From an uncultured Chloroflexia bacterium (GTDB lineage: Bacteria; Chloroflexota; UBA6077; JACCZL01): DNA of 64,000 nucleotides. The translations under genes and the position numbers were made by a program. The DNA is taken from positions 768,001-832,000 of the forward strand of contig CAVXYC010000020.1 of NCBI GenBank assembly GCA_963765765.1. Direction: 5' to 3'. Positions 1-9,511 of the stretch are shown here, one piece after another. The notes beneath the pieces are model-generated. The model saw only the letters and a program-made list of their open reading frames with translations, had not been told where the DNA came from and ran no database searches. The number at the start of each line of letters is the position of its first letter. Positions within the stretch are counted from its first letter, which is position 1.

Positions 1-2
1 CG

Positions 3-1364
3 CCCGCGATACAGTGGATTGCTATCGACGGCGCTATAGGGCTCCTAGGGGCGACTTTAACGATCTCTGGGATGGTTATCATCACCGCCAGGATCGATTG
101 GCAGCTTGCGCTGGTCGCGTTAGCAGTATGTCCCTTGCTCCTGCTCATTTCGGCTTTGTTCAGTAAACGGATGCGGACGGAGTGGTCGATGTTCAAGCAA
201 CTGGAGAGTTCTACGCTCTCCGTTGTGCAAGAGGTTCTCACTGCTCTCCGCGTTGTCAAAGCGTTCGGGCAAGAGGACCGGGAGCAGGCCCGTTACACTC
301 ATTACTCCGGAGCGGGCATGCGGGCCCGCGTACGGATCGAGTCCTTAGAGGCCGGCTTCGCACTTGTAGTTGGCTTGATCACCGCACTGGGTGTTGCCAG
401 CGTGCTCTTCATCGGCATCCGGCACGTACAGGCCGGGATACTGACCCTCGGTGAGCTTCTCATCGTAATGACGTATCTTTTCCAGCTCTACGTACCACTC
501 CAGACGATTAGCAAGAAGTCGGGCGATGTCCAGGCCTCGCTGGTCGGCGCGGAGCGAGCGTTTGGCCTCCTGGACGAGTCGCCCGACGTGACCGAGCGAG
601 CGAACGCCAGGCCGCTCGAACGGGCAGCCGGCGCCATAGCTTTTCAGAACGTATCGTTCGCCTACACGGCGGACCACCCCGTCCTGGACCGTGTGTCGTT
701 CGAGATTGGTCCCGGAACTCGCGTCGGGATTGCCGGTACGACGGGTGCGGGCAAGACCACGCTCGTCAGCTTGCTGACCCGATTCTATGACCCTACCGGC
801 GGCCACATTCTGCTCGACGGAGTCGACCTTCGTGACTACAAGCTAGCCGACCTTCGCAATCAGTTCGCCATCGTCCTCCAGGAGCCCGTGCTGTTCTCGA
901 CTACTATCGCGGAGAATATCGCCTACGCGCGTCCCGGGGCTGACCAGCATCAGATTCTTCAAGCCGCGAAGGATGCCAATGCTCATGAGTTCATCATGCG
1001 CCTCCAGAATGGTTACGATACGCAAGTCGGCGAACGCGGGATGCGTCTATCCGGCGGCGAGCGTCAGCGCATCTCGCTGGCTCGTGCGTTCCTGAAGGAT
1101 GCGCCTATCCTAATCCTCGATGAGCCCACCAGCTCAGTGGACGTCAAGACTGAGGCCGCAATACTCGAGGCAATGGATCGCCTCATGAATGGCCGCACGA
1201 CTTTTCTGATCGCGCATCGCCTGACGCTGCTCGAGAGCTGTGATCGCCTTGTTCTAATTGAACACGGAGGCCTGGGAGCCTTCACATCGGATGTGGCAGC
1301 GGCCATTCACGACCGCATCGCCACCAGCCCGCGCGGCGCGGCGGTATCTGGGGCTCCTTCATGA
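3..1364 (+). CDS. ABC exporter, fused permease/ATPase (MsbA/ABCB-like), 5'-truncated by window
   Basis: TM helices then Walker A GTTGAGKT, signature LSGGERQ, Walker B ILILDE; frame is open from nt 3. Confidence 0.93.
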   Translation, partial: PAIQWIAIDGAIGLLGATLTISGMVIITARIDWQLALVALAVCPLLLLISALFSKRMRTEWSMFKQLESSTLSVVQEVLTALRVVKAFGQEDREQARYTHYSGAGMRARVRIESLEAGFALVVGLITALGVASVLFIGIRHVQAGILTLGELLIVMTYLFQLYVPLQTISKKSGDVQASLVGAERAFGLLDESPDVTERANARPLERAAGAIAFQNVSFAYTADHPVLDRVSFEIGPGTRVGIAGTTGAGKTTLVSLLTRFYDPTGGHILLDGVDLRDYKLADLRNQFAIVLQEPVLFSTTIAENIAYARPGADQHQILQAAKDANAHEFIMRLQNGYDTQVGERGMRLSGGERQRISLARAFLKDAPILILDEPTSSVDVKTEAAILEAMDRLMNGRTTFLIAHRLTLLESCDRLVLIEHGGLGAFTSDVAAAIHDRIATSPRGAAVSGAPS

Positions 1365-1948
1365 CCGACACCACGTCCCAGAAGCCCGGATACTGGACCG
1401 GCGGAGAACTGCCGAAGAACGTTCGGGTGGGTGTCAACAGTGTCATCAGCGGCGATTACATTACCGGGGATCTGGCCTTCCGACGATTCTTCAGTCGCGC
1501 CGAACCGGCCCTCACAATCGGCGACCACTGCACTATGGAAGGCGTCCTGTTCAATATTGAAAAAGAAGGTCGCGTGACAATTGGCGATTATTGTCATTTC
1601 AGCGATGCTTTTCTCATCTGCGAGCTGGAGATCCGCATCGGAAGTTACGTTGTCATCGGGTGGCACACCACTATTGCCGACTCGGACTTCCATCCAATAG
1701 GGACGACGGAGCGAATCGCCGATGCGATCGCCTGCTCGCCGCTCGGGAAGGACCGGCCTCGGCAACCGGCTGTCCGACGGCCCGTCGTTATCGAGGATGA
1801 CGTTTGGATAGGACCGAACGCGACGATCTTAAAGGGAGTTCGCGTCGGAGCTGGGGCGCTCGTAGAGGCGGGCTCGGTCGTGGTACGTGATGTCCCGCCA
1901 CGAGCCCGGGTCCTTGGGAATCCGGCGCAGCTTATCGGAGAAGTCTGA
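1361..1948 (+). CDS. Hexapeptide-repeat (left-handed beta-helix) acyltransferase
   Basis: DSDFH, PVVIEDDVWIG, GVRVGAGALV, GNPA motifs; ATGA overlap with the upstream gene. Confidence 0.9.
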   Translation: MTDTTSQKPGYWTGGELPKNVRVGVNSVISGDYITGDLAFRRFFSRAEPALTIGDHCTMEGVLFNIEKEGRVTIGDYCHFSDAFLICELEIRIGSYVVIGWHTTIADSDFHPIGTTERIADAIACSPLGKDRPRQPAVRRPVVIEDDVWIGPNATILKGVRVGAGALVEAGSVVVRDVPPRARVLGNPAQLIGEV

Positions 1949-1953
1949 CCGCG

Positions 1954-2538
1954 ATGGCTCCCGGCTGGACACTTCCGGAGGACTGGTTCCCGGGCATGAT
2001 CCCGGATAACGTCGTCGCTGATGAGACGGCCTATGTGGGGACGAGCTACAGCTTCTCCCGCTATCGCAGCGAGGCGCCGGTGGGCGTGCGCATCGGCCGC
2101 GCTGCCTCCTTGTGCGAGGCAACCGTTTTTGATGTCGGACCCCGTGGGCGGGTCACGCTGGGCGACTTTTCGCTCATCACCCTGGCGCTCATCGTCTGTG
2201 ACGAGGAGGTAGAGATCGGCGATTACGCGCTGCTCTCCTGGAACGTCGTGGTGATGGATACGTACCGGGTGCCGCTGAACCCGCACGATCGACGGCGGGA
2301 GCTGATACGAGCAGCCCGCCGTGAGCCTCCTTACAGTGGCATGGAGGCGGGCGGCCGTCCGGTACGGATCGGTCGCTATGCCTGGGTCGGCTTCGAAGCC
2401 TGCGTCCTGCCCGGTGTAACGATCGGCGAAGGATCCATCGTCGGCGCCCGCTCGGTGGTGGCCGAAGATGTACCACCCTATACGCTAGTCGCCGGCAATC
2501 CGGCCCGGTTCATTCGCCGCTTAGAAGAGAGAGAATAA
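1954..2538 (+). CDS. Hexapeptide-repeat acyltransferase (paralog of preceding gene)
   Basis: PVRIGRYAWVG, PGVTIGEGSIVGARSVV, AGNPAR. Confidence 0.9.
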   Translation: MAPGWTLPEDWFPGMIPDNVVADETAYVGTSYSFSRYRSEAPVGVRIGRAASLCEATVFDVGPRGRVTLGDFSLITLALIVCDEEVEIGDYALLSWNVVVMDTYRVPLNPHDRRRELIRAARREPPYSGMEAGGRPVRIGRYAWVGFEACVLPGVTIGEGSIVGARSVVAEDVPPYTLVAGNPARFIRRLEERE

Positions 2539-2541
2539 CTT

Positions 2542-3723
2542 TTGACTATGGTGCGCAACAAGTCGTCAAATGGCAAGGTTGTAGTTTTTGGGGGTATGTT
2601 TTGGTACCCCTTTGCCGGCACGGTTTACCAGTTCCTCCATTACATGATCGGACTACGTCGGCTAGGTTACGACCCATATTATGTAGAAGACCCTGGTGGT
2701 TGGTTCTACGATCCTGACATATATAAGCCGTCGACCGATGCGGCGCGGAATGTTAGCGTTGTGGCCCCAATCCTTGAGTCTTACGGCTTTGCGGATCGCT
2801 GGGCCTTTCGCGCGAATTATCCTGGCGGGTTATGCTGCGGACTTACCGAGTACGAGTTGCTGAAGCTTTACCAGGAGGCAGATGCACTATTAAATGTGAC
2901 GGGGATACAGGAAATTCGTGATGAGCACCTCGCGTGTCCACGACGAATCTACATTGAATCTGACCCATTTTTCACTCAAGTGAGAGCGTTTCAGGGTGAC
3001 CCGGTGACAATCGCTCAGCTTGATCTCCACGACACGCATTTCAGCTTCGGTGAGAACCTAGGGTCGCCAGATTGCGACGCTCCGGAGGGGCGAGTTCACT
3101 GGCTGCCAACGCGACAGCCTGTGGTTCCCGATTTGTGGGACAACCCGGAATCGGAGGACGCCAACTGCTATACAACAGTAATGACGTGGCACAACGCTCA
3201 TAAGGATGTCACTTACCGGGGCGATACGTATTACTGGACAAGGATCGTGAGTTCATAAACTTTATCGACTTGCCGAGCCGGTGCGACGTATGCTTTTGAG
3301 TTGGCGGTAACGGCGGACGAAGACTTGAGCGAGCTACTACATCCACACGGGTGGTCTGTGGTGAGTGCACGCGACATATCGAGAGATATGAATCGTTATC
3401 GCGCCTTTATCCAGCGTTCCAGGGGAGAGTTCACCGTTGCGCGGGATCAGTATGTGCGCCCGCGCACGGGCTGGTTCAGCGACCGGAGCGCCTGCTACCT
3501 GGCGGCTGGCCGGCCGGTTATCACTCAGGAAACCGGCTTCAGTAAGGTTCTACCCTCGGGCACGGGACTGTTTGGCTTCAAGACGGTGGAAGAAATCACC
3601 GCGGCGCTTGATGCGATCGAGCGAGATTACAAGCGCCACTCTCGCGCAGCTCGCGAGATCGCGGACGAATACTTCGCCGCGGAGAAAGTACTGTCTAGTC
3701 TCATGGTTCGTTCAGGTCTGTGA
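2542..3723 (+). CDS. Uncharacterised GT-B-like glycosyltransferase, split by two compensating indels (~3240 and ~3295)
   Basis: ORFs 2542-3258 and 3301-3723 share a frame and are bridged by an off-frame segment KDREFINFIDLPSRC; C-terminal SDRSACYLAAGRPVITQETGF resembles a GT-B nucleotide-sugar-binding domain. Confidence 0.7.
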
Positions 3724-4589
3724 AGATGCGACTTAACGACTCTCATCCGTCATTACCCCACCAAGACGCCGACTTGGATGAGTCGCCTAGGGAGACACAC
3801 GGCGACCACGTTCAACTTTTCCTCCACTTGCCGAAGACGGGAGGGACGACCCTCAACGAAATCGTCTACGCCCAGCACGCGGGACCTGAGCCACGCCCGC
3901 GATCAAGTACTGAGGAAGAATGGTTCCATTGGGGTGTCTACCACTATCCATCTGGGTTCTATCAGGATGATATGGCTAACCTTTCACCAGAGATTGTATC
4001 GAGGATGCAAAAAGACGATGTAAAGGCCGTAGTGGGTCACTTTAGTTTTGGCCTCGATGAATATCTTTGTCGCCCGAGTACTTATTTTACGATGGTTCGA
4101 GACCCTATTGAGAGGGTTATTTCATTGTATCATCACATTCTACGATACTCGGGAAGAGATGATCCAATGCACCGTCGAATCAAAGATAATTATGTGAATT
4201 TATATGACTTCGTTTCAGATATACAGAACCACGAAGTTCATAACTGTCAGACGCGACGATTGGCAGGAATACACCCAGACTACGGTGGACAGTCAATCGA
4301 TATTCTGGATATCGCGAAATCCAATATTGATAAGTACTTCAGATTTATCGGCGTTACTGAAAGATTTTCTGAAAGCATTATGGCACTAACTACTTTGATG
4401 AACTGGAGAGATGTTGAATACCTCTCTTATCATGTGAACGATAGTCGCCCTAGATCGAACGATCTGTCATTTGTAACTCGTGAACTGATTGTAAGTCAAA
4501 ATAAACTTGACATAGAACTTCATCAATATGCTAATACTATGCTTAACGCGTTGATTGAACGGCAGAGTGGGAACGCGGAGCGTGGTTAG
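3720..4589 (+). CDS. Sulfotransferase (family 2-like)
   Basis: PAPS 5'-PSB motif FLHLPKTGGTT and 3'-PB motif RDPIERVIS; AT-rich 3' half. Confidence 0.88.
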   Translation: MKMRLNDSHPSLPHQDADLDESPRETHGDHVQLFLHLPKTGGTTLNEIVYAQHAGPEPRPRSSTEEEWFHWGVYHYPSGFYQDDMANLSPEIVSRMQKDDVKAVVGHFSFGLDEYLCRPSTYFTMVRDPIERVISLYHHILRYSGRDDPMHRRIKDNYVNLYDFVSDIQNHEVHNCQTRRLAGIHPDYGGQSIDILDIAKSNIDKYFRFIGVTERFSESIMALTTLMNWRDVEYLSYHVNDSRPRSNDLSFVTRELIVSQNKLDIELHQYANTMLNALIERQSGNAERG

Positions 4590-4616
4590 CGAGTTGTCAG
4601 GCCGGGACGAATACGA

Positions 4617-4938
4617 CTAGTACCCGTGTGACAGATTTTTTGGCACTGGGCTGGGCGATGCGTCTGGTCGGGCGAGGTTCAAGAAAGTCCCGGTCAGGTG
4701 GGCCGAAGCGGCACGGACCGAACGTTCGCCGCGGATCGCCGTCGGGAGCGCCCCAGCGCGCCCACTGCGGGGACGCGCGCCTGCCTCCGGTCGGCGGATC
4801 CAGGGCCGGGCCAACCGGCCGGGGGACGAGGCCATTGCCGCGTCGGTGGAGGCCAGCCAGCCCCCGTCGCCCGGGTGCGGCGGCGCTCTCGGAGGCCGGT
4901 CGGGCGGTCACTTTAGGAGTAACACGGCACGGCACTAG
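4617..4938. mobile_element. Putative MITE / non-autonomous IS remnant
   Basis: Both ends are CTAG with imperfect terminal inverted repeats (CTAGTACCCGTGTGAC vs reverse complement CTAGTGCCGTGCCGTGTTAC); non-coding, very GC-rich interior (47/60 GC at 4801-4860). Confidence 0.45.
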
Positions 4939-4953
4939 AGAGCCGGCTGCAGG

Positions 4954-6143
4954 CTAATACAGGGTTTGCGCCCTGACCTGCTCATCGATGACTCGGAGAG
5001 TCTCGGGGCTCGTGCGCATGTAGTCACCAATGAGCGTCTGGATGCGCTCCCCGGACAACGGGAGGATCTCCAGGCTGAGCCGATCAGCGTCGGCGAGGAA
5101 GCCTGGATCCGCGGTCATCTGTCCGAACGCCGCGCGCATGGTTGCGGCGATCATCGGATCCATGGCGGGCGGGGCGGACAGCGAGCGGGACCACCTCAGG
5201 GGCGACTCCACATACGCCAGCAGCTGTTTCGCCTGAGGCGTTGCGTTCGTGAACAGCTCCGCGGCGGTTGGCACGTCCGCGGCGAGCGGCTCACTTCTCC
5301 TGCCACCAAACTGAACCAACGGCACGATGATCCTGCTGGGCAGATCATCCGGCTTCTCCGAGAGAAATGTGATCCAGCTGAGCGTGGCGCCATCCGTCTC
5401 GCCCCTGTCAGCCGAGAGCACCACCCCGCGCTCGCCCTGGTATCCGAAACGAGGCGCGAGGTTCCATCCCAGGCCCGTCTTGAGGACCACCTGAGTGAGG
5501 TGCGCGAAGTCCCCCGGGCTCACGTTGGCGGTCCGGATCTCCTTGGTCCGCAGGGGATCGAAATTTGAGGGAGTCACCCCGGACCGCGTGTGGACCCCGA
5601 AGACGTACTGGTCAACCGACAGGGATCCCAGCCAGCTCCAGCTCGTCACGTCATAGCCAACGCCCGGCTCACCGCGGAGCTGGCTGGTCGCAACCTGGCG
5701 CTCGTGGATCCCGATCGTGAGGCCATCAGCGACGGACTCGTTGAGTCGATTAGCCATCGATCACGCCGGCCGCGCCAGGAAGATTCTCGACGACCAGCGC
5801 GGGGTTGCCCGGGAAGGAACCTTCCGTAATGCCGTGACACCAGGCGCGCCCAGGTGTCGACGCCGCCACCCGGCGGAAAGCCCACCAGAATGGACACCGT
5901 CTTTGCCTGCCAGACAGGAGCCAGGGATTGATCGACGAGACCCGAGGGAAGGGATGCGGCCGCCCCGTCCGCGAAGGACGACGCTGTTGGACCTGGACGG
6001 GCTCGTGGCTCGCGCGTGGCGGCAGGCGACGAGGAATGAGGCTGGGCCGGCTGACAGGCGAGGAGCAGAAGGAGAGCAGCAACGAGCAGCGGGAGCCAGG
6101 CACGGTCCCAATTCGGCCGAGTTCGGGAGAATCGTGTAGACAT
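4954..6143 (-). CDS. TctC/Bug-family tripartite tricarboxylate transporter substrate-binding lipoprotein (frameshift ~5800)
   Basis: Lipobox LLAC; VGFPPGGGVDTWARL, VVENLPGA, DGLTIG, DPGFLADA motifs across three ORF pieces. Confidence 0.85.
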
Positions 6144-6231
6144 TATTTTGAAGGGATGTGCGAGCGCTGAGCCGCCCGCGTTGGCTTTGTAGGTCGTTGT
6201 GATCCTATGTTTCTGCGTGTCTGCTCACACG

Positions 6232-6294
6232 CACCCGCGATGTATGCGCGGGTGAAATGGCCGCGCCCGCGGCCGATGACGGACCGCGGGCGCG
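6232..6294. terminator. Two GC-rich hairpins downstream of the cupin gene
   Basis: CACCCGCG/CGCGGGTG and CGCGCCCGCGG/CCGCGGGCGCG stems; no clear U-tract. Confidence 0.4.
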
Positions 6295-6315
6295 TGCGCC
6301 GAGAGCAGGAAGAAG

Positions 6316-7437
6316 CTACAAGTTCGCGGCGCGTCGCTCCGCGACGTGCTGAGAGATGAACTCGCGCATCGTGGACTTCGCACCGTTCTTAGCGCAGTCT
6401 TCCTCGAACATCTTGAGGATCGCGGGATCCTCGTCCTCATACTCGATCTGAAGGCCGCCCTTTTTCACGCTGACGTCGGCAAGCTGAGCATCCGCGGAGA
6501 AAACTCCACCCGACTTCCAACGCGCAGACCCCCAGCGGAGGGCCAGGTATCGAGCGGGCTCGGCCCCAACGTTGAAATGCTCGTGGAACCACCGATCCGG
6601 CGGCACAACCATGCTGCCTGTCTTCCACGGCACCTTACGCTTGTTCTCATCATCGCCTTCTGGCCAGAGCAACGAGAAGCCAGCGCCGTTGAGGATGATC
6701 ACGTGCGCGCCTGGCCCGTGACGGTGCGCCTTCTTGTAGGTGCCCACTGGGAACTCAGAAATGTGCGCGGCCATCGTGGAATCGGCAAGCTCGAACATGA
6801 TGTTTCGGCCGCCTGCGCCACGCTCCTTCCACTCATGGAGCTGGAGGGCGTCCGCGTCCGCGATAAAATTTGTCGAGAGCACGCGCTTCTGGTGCAGCTT
6901 GCCCTCGCGAGAGAAGTAATCCTCCTCGCCTGAGAACCGATCCGTGAACTGGTGCTCGCAGTTGAACACGAAGTTGAGATCATGGAACAGGTTCATGACG
7001 ATGGGCCGGTCCGTCACGGAAAGCATCCGCGCGGGCTGATTACCCGAGCCATTGTGGTGCTGATAGTGAGCATTCAGCGGAATCGCGAAGAGGCTTGCCT
7101 TGCCCCACTCAAACGAGAGCTTCTTATTCTCGTCGTACCACACGGTGGTGGCGCCGCTGCCATCCAGTACGTAGACGAACTCCTCGTACATGTGGCGCAT
7201 CGGGTTGGTGCTTTTACCCGCCGGGACCTCGAGAATCTGAGCGTCATTTGTGCCGCCCGTGCCATCGAGCACGATAAATGCGCCATTCACTCCGGTCCGC
7301 GCCCACGGCTTGACCTCAGTGGTCCGCAAGTCATCAACAGCAAAGCCGCGGTTGATCGGGATGTTCTCACTTGCGAGGTATTCCTCGTAATAATTGACCG
7401 GTACGACCGTGTCGAGTTTCGCCCAATCGATCGCCAT
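6316..7437 (-). CDS. Bicupin protein (gentisate-dioxygenase-like fold; substrate unknown)
   Basis: Two cupin motif sets: RHMYEE...HYQHHN and AHRHGPGAH...WFHEHFN. Confidence 0.85.
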   Translation of the reverse strand: MAIDWAKLDTVVPVNYYEEYLASENIPINRGFAVDDLRTTEVKPWARTGVNGAFIVLDGTGGTNDAQILEVPAGKSTNPMRHMYEEFVYVLDGSGATTVWYDENKKLSFEWGKASLFAIPLNAHYQHHNGSGNQPARMLSVTDRPIVMNLFHDLNFVFNCEHQFTDRFSGEEDYFSREGKLHQKRVLSTNFIADADALQLHEWKERGAGGRNIMFELADSTMAAHISEFPVGTYKKAHRHGPGAHVIILNGAGFSLLWPEGDDENKRKVPWKTGSMVVPPDRWFHEHFNVGAEPARYLALRWGSARWKSGGVFSADAQLADVSVKKGGLQIEYEDEDPAILKMFEEDCAKNGAKSTMREFISQHVAERRAANL

Positions 7438-7636
7438 ATTTCCTCCTCGTTCTTGCCCCGGCCGATCTCGGCTCGGCCGAACTTAGCCTGTGAACGATAG
7501 TGAGGATAGAGCGATCGCCAGCCACCGGTCAAGCTACGCTCCGCGCAACCGCCCTCGTGCTACTAAGCGGTACGCTCCAAGCGCCGCTCAAAAGCCTTGA
7601 AGGCGTCGTTCCGGAATTAGAGTGTGACCGTGTGGC

Positions 7637-8377
7637 TTACCGTCTCTGCAAGGAAGGCTGATCGAGCAGCCAGCCGTCCGAGCCACGGACGAGCGTCCAC
7701 GTACCTGAGAAAGCCTGAGATTCGGCCGCCGTGCCCACGGTCTCCACGATCTGCACGGAGACCGTGGCCTGCCCGCCCGCCGAATTGGTAAGCGTGGCCT
7801 GTTCAACGCGAATGGAGCGTGTTTGAGCAAACCGCTGCCGGATGTTCTCATCGGGAGGGAATCGGCGGCGCATGTCTGAAGACCAGAGCTCCTCCGCACC
7901 GGCAAAATCCTTTCGATCAATGCGCCGATAGAACTCCTGCACCGTCTGCACCGGGTTGAGCATGAGCTGGCCCTCGGGCTTCACAGCACTCGGAGTCTGC
8001 GTGGACGTAGGGACGGAAGTCACCAGCGGCGTCGCGGATGGCGGAGCGGTGGACTCGGAGGTCGATTGAGCGCCTAACGGCGTCGGGGTCACTACGGTAA
8101 TCGGGGTTGCCGAAGCCACACCTGCCGGCTGTGGGATCGGCGTGGGAGTTGCCGTGGGCGAAGCTGTGGGAACGGGGGATGAAGCGGCTCTTCCTGAGGC
8201 CAATGATTCTGGTCCACCCGGCTTATTCACCGTCGGCGTTGATGAGTTCGCATGCGGCATCTGAGCCGTCAGTGCACCCAGCGGCGAGGCCAGGACAAAA
8301 CTGTAGAGCCACAGCCCCACGACTATTGGAACCAGCATCGCTAGAATAAACACGAGGCGTGTCGCCAGAGCACTCAT
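7637..8377 (-). CDS. Membrane-anchored protein with Pro/Thr-rich linker and C-terminal NTF2-like domain
   Basis: N-terminal TM helix; PTASPTATPTP linker; PVQTVQEFY...WTLVRGSDGWLLD. Confidence 0.7.
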   Translation of the reverse strand: MSALATRLVFILAMLVPIVVGLWLYSFVLASPLGALTAQMPHANSSTPTVNKPGGPESLASGRAASSPVPTASPTATPTPIPQPAGVASATPITVVTPTPLGAQSTSESTAPPSATPLVTSVPTSTQTPSAVKPEGQLMLNPVQTVQEFYRRIDRKDFAGAEELWSSDMRRRFPPDENIRQRFAQTRSIRVEQATLTNSAGGQATVSVQIVETVGTAAESQAFSGTWTLVRGSDGWLLDQPSLQRR

Positions 8378-8641
8378 GACGGAACGTTACTGCACAGCCT
8401 GTACCCTCACAGCGATATGAGACGCGAGTTTTGTTGAATGCATGAGTCCGACTGACCTGATCCGCCCCTGCACAAGGATTGCTTGAGCCACAGGTATTTA
8501 CAGGTGCACTTTGCCCGCTCGACGTTCAGATCGGTCGACGGCGAAGGTGTAATAGGACTCCGTTGGCTGTGCCAGTTCTGTCACCTGTCCCGGGCCCATG
8601 GCTCAGTCCCGGTGACACGAGTGCCCCTCGGAGATACGAAT

Positions 8642-8775
8642 CGCGACCGCCCCCGTAGCGCGGTGGTCTTGTGCCCCGCGCCCCGCGAGGAATGCTGCGC
8701 GCGCGACGACTCCTTCGTCCCCGGGGGATCTCGGGGCGCGGGGCACAAGACCACCGCGCTACGGGGGCGGTCGCG
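8642..8775. repeat. REP doublet (REPIN-like), family A
   Basis: Perfect 44-bp inverted repeat, 8642-8685 / 8732-8775; each arm has GTAG plus an internal imperfect palindrome. Confidence 0.85.
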
Positions 8776-9026
8776 GATTCCATCGACGCCGGTATCGGGT
8801 CCGCCAGGACTTAACGGAGTCCTAGCAAATGTCCGTCATCTCAGGTCGGGGCCATCATACGTCGCACCCTGAACGCGGAATTTCGACCGTTGCAGCCTCC
8901 CTTTGCTGGCATGGACCATGCACCGCGAGCCCAGTCTTTCCGTGCACCCAAGAGCAGAGGTTCCCACATTTAACAGGGAACGCCTGGCACGAGGTGGACT
9001 ACAGCACCCCGCATATCGAGGGCACC

Positions 9027-9437
9027 ATGCACCTGCAACTGAAGAACCTGGCAGATCAAGTGATCGTCATCACCGGCGCCTCGAGCGGCATTGGCCTAAC
9101 CACCGCTCGGAAGGCCGCCAGCCGTGGCGCCCGCGTTGTTCTCGCGGCTCGGAGTCTCGATGCTCTGCAACAAGTGGCTGCGAAGATCTCTGCCGACGGA
9201 GGCACTGCGCACGCCGTGAAGACGGACGTGATCTCGATCTCCGACATCCAAAACCTGGCAGAGGAGGCCGTAAGCCGATTCGGCCGGATAGATACATGGG
9301 TCAACAATGCCGGAGTCTCAGTGTATGGACGATCACTGAACGTACCCATCGAGGCCCGGATGCACCCATGCTCGCGAGTGTCGCCGCGCTCGGAACGGCA
9401 ATGGCTGTGCGCTCCTACTTCAAGCATCGAGGGGTGA
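9027..9437 (+). pseudogene. SDR oxidoreductase remnant with internal deletion
   Basis: TGASSGIG and NNAG motifs present; YxxxK catalytic region absent; jumps to a hydrophobic tail. Confidence 0.75.
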
Positions 9438-9473
9438 TCTGCTCCGCGGCGCAGCGCGGCCGTTCGTGAGCCA

Positions 9474-9482
9474 TGCTATGCT
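9474..9482 (+). promoter_or_regulatory. Extended -10 promoter candidate (TGCTATGCT)
   Basis: TGn plus TAnnnT about 30 nt upstream of the amidohydrolase start; GGAGG RBS follows. Confidence 0.45.
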
Positions 9483-9511
9483 CGGATCGGCAAGCGCCGG
9501 GAGGTTCAGCC

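Noticed and set aside
4597-4957. Arg/Gly/Pro-rich ORFs in the GC-rich insert
   Set aside because: Composition reflects ~78% GC non-coding DNA; no RBS or domain signal.
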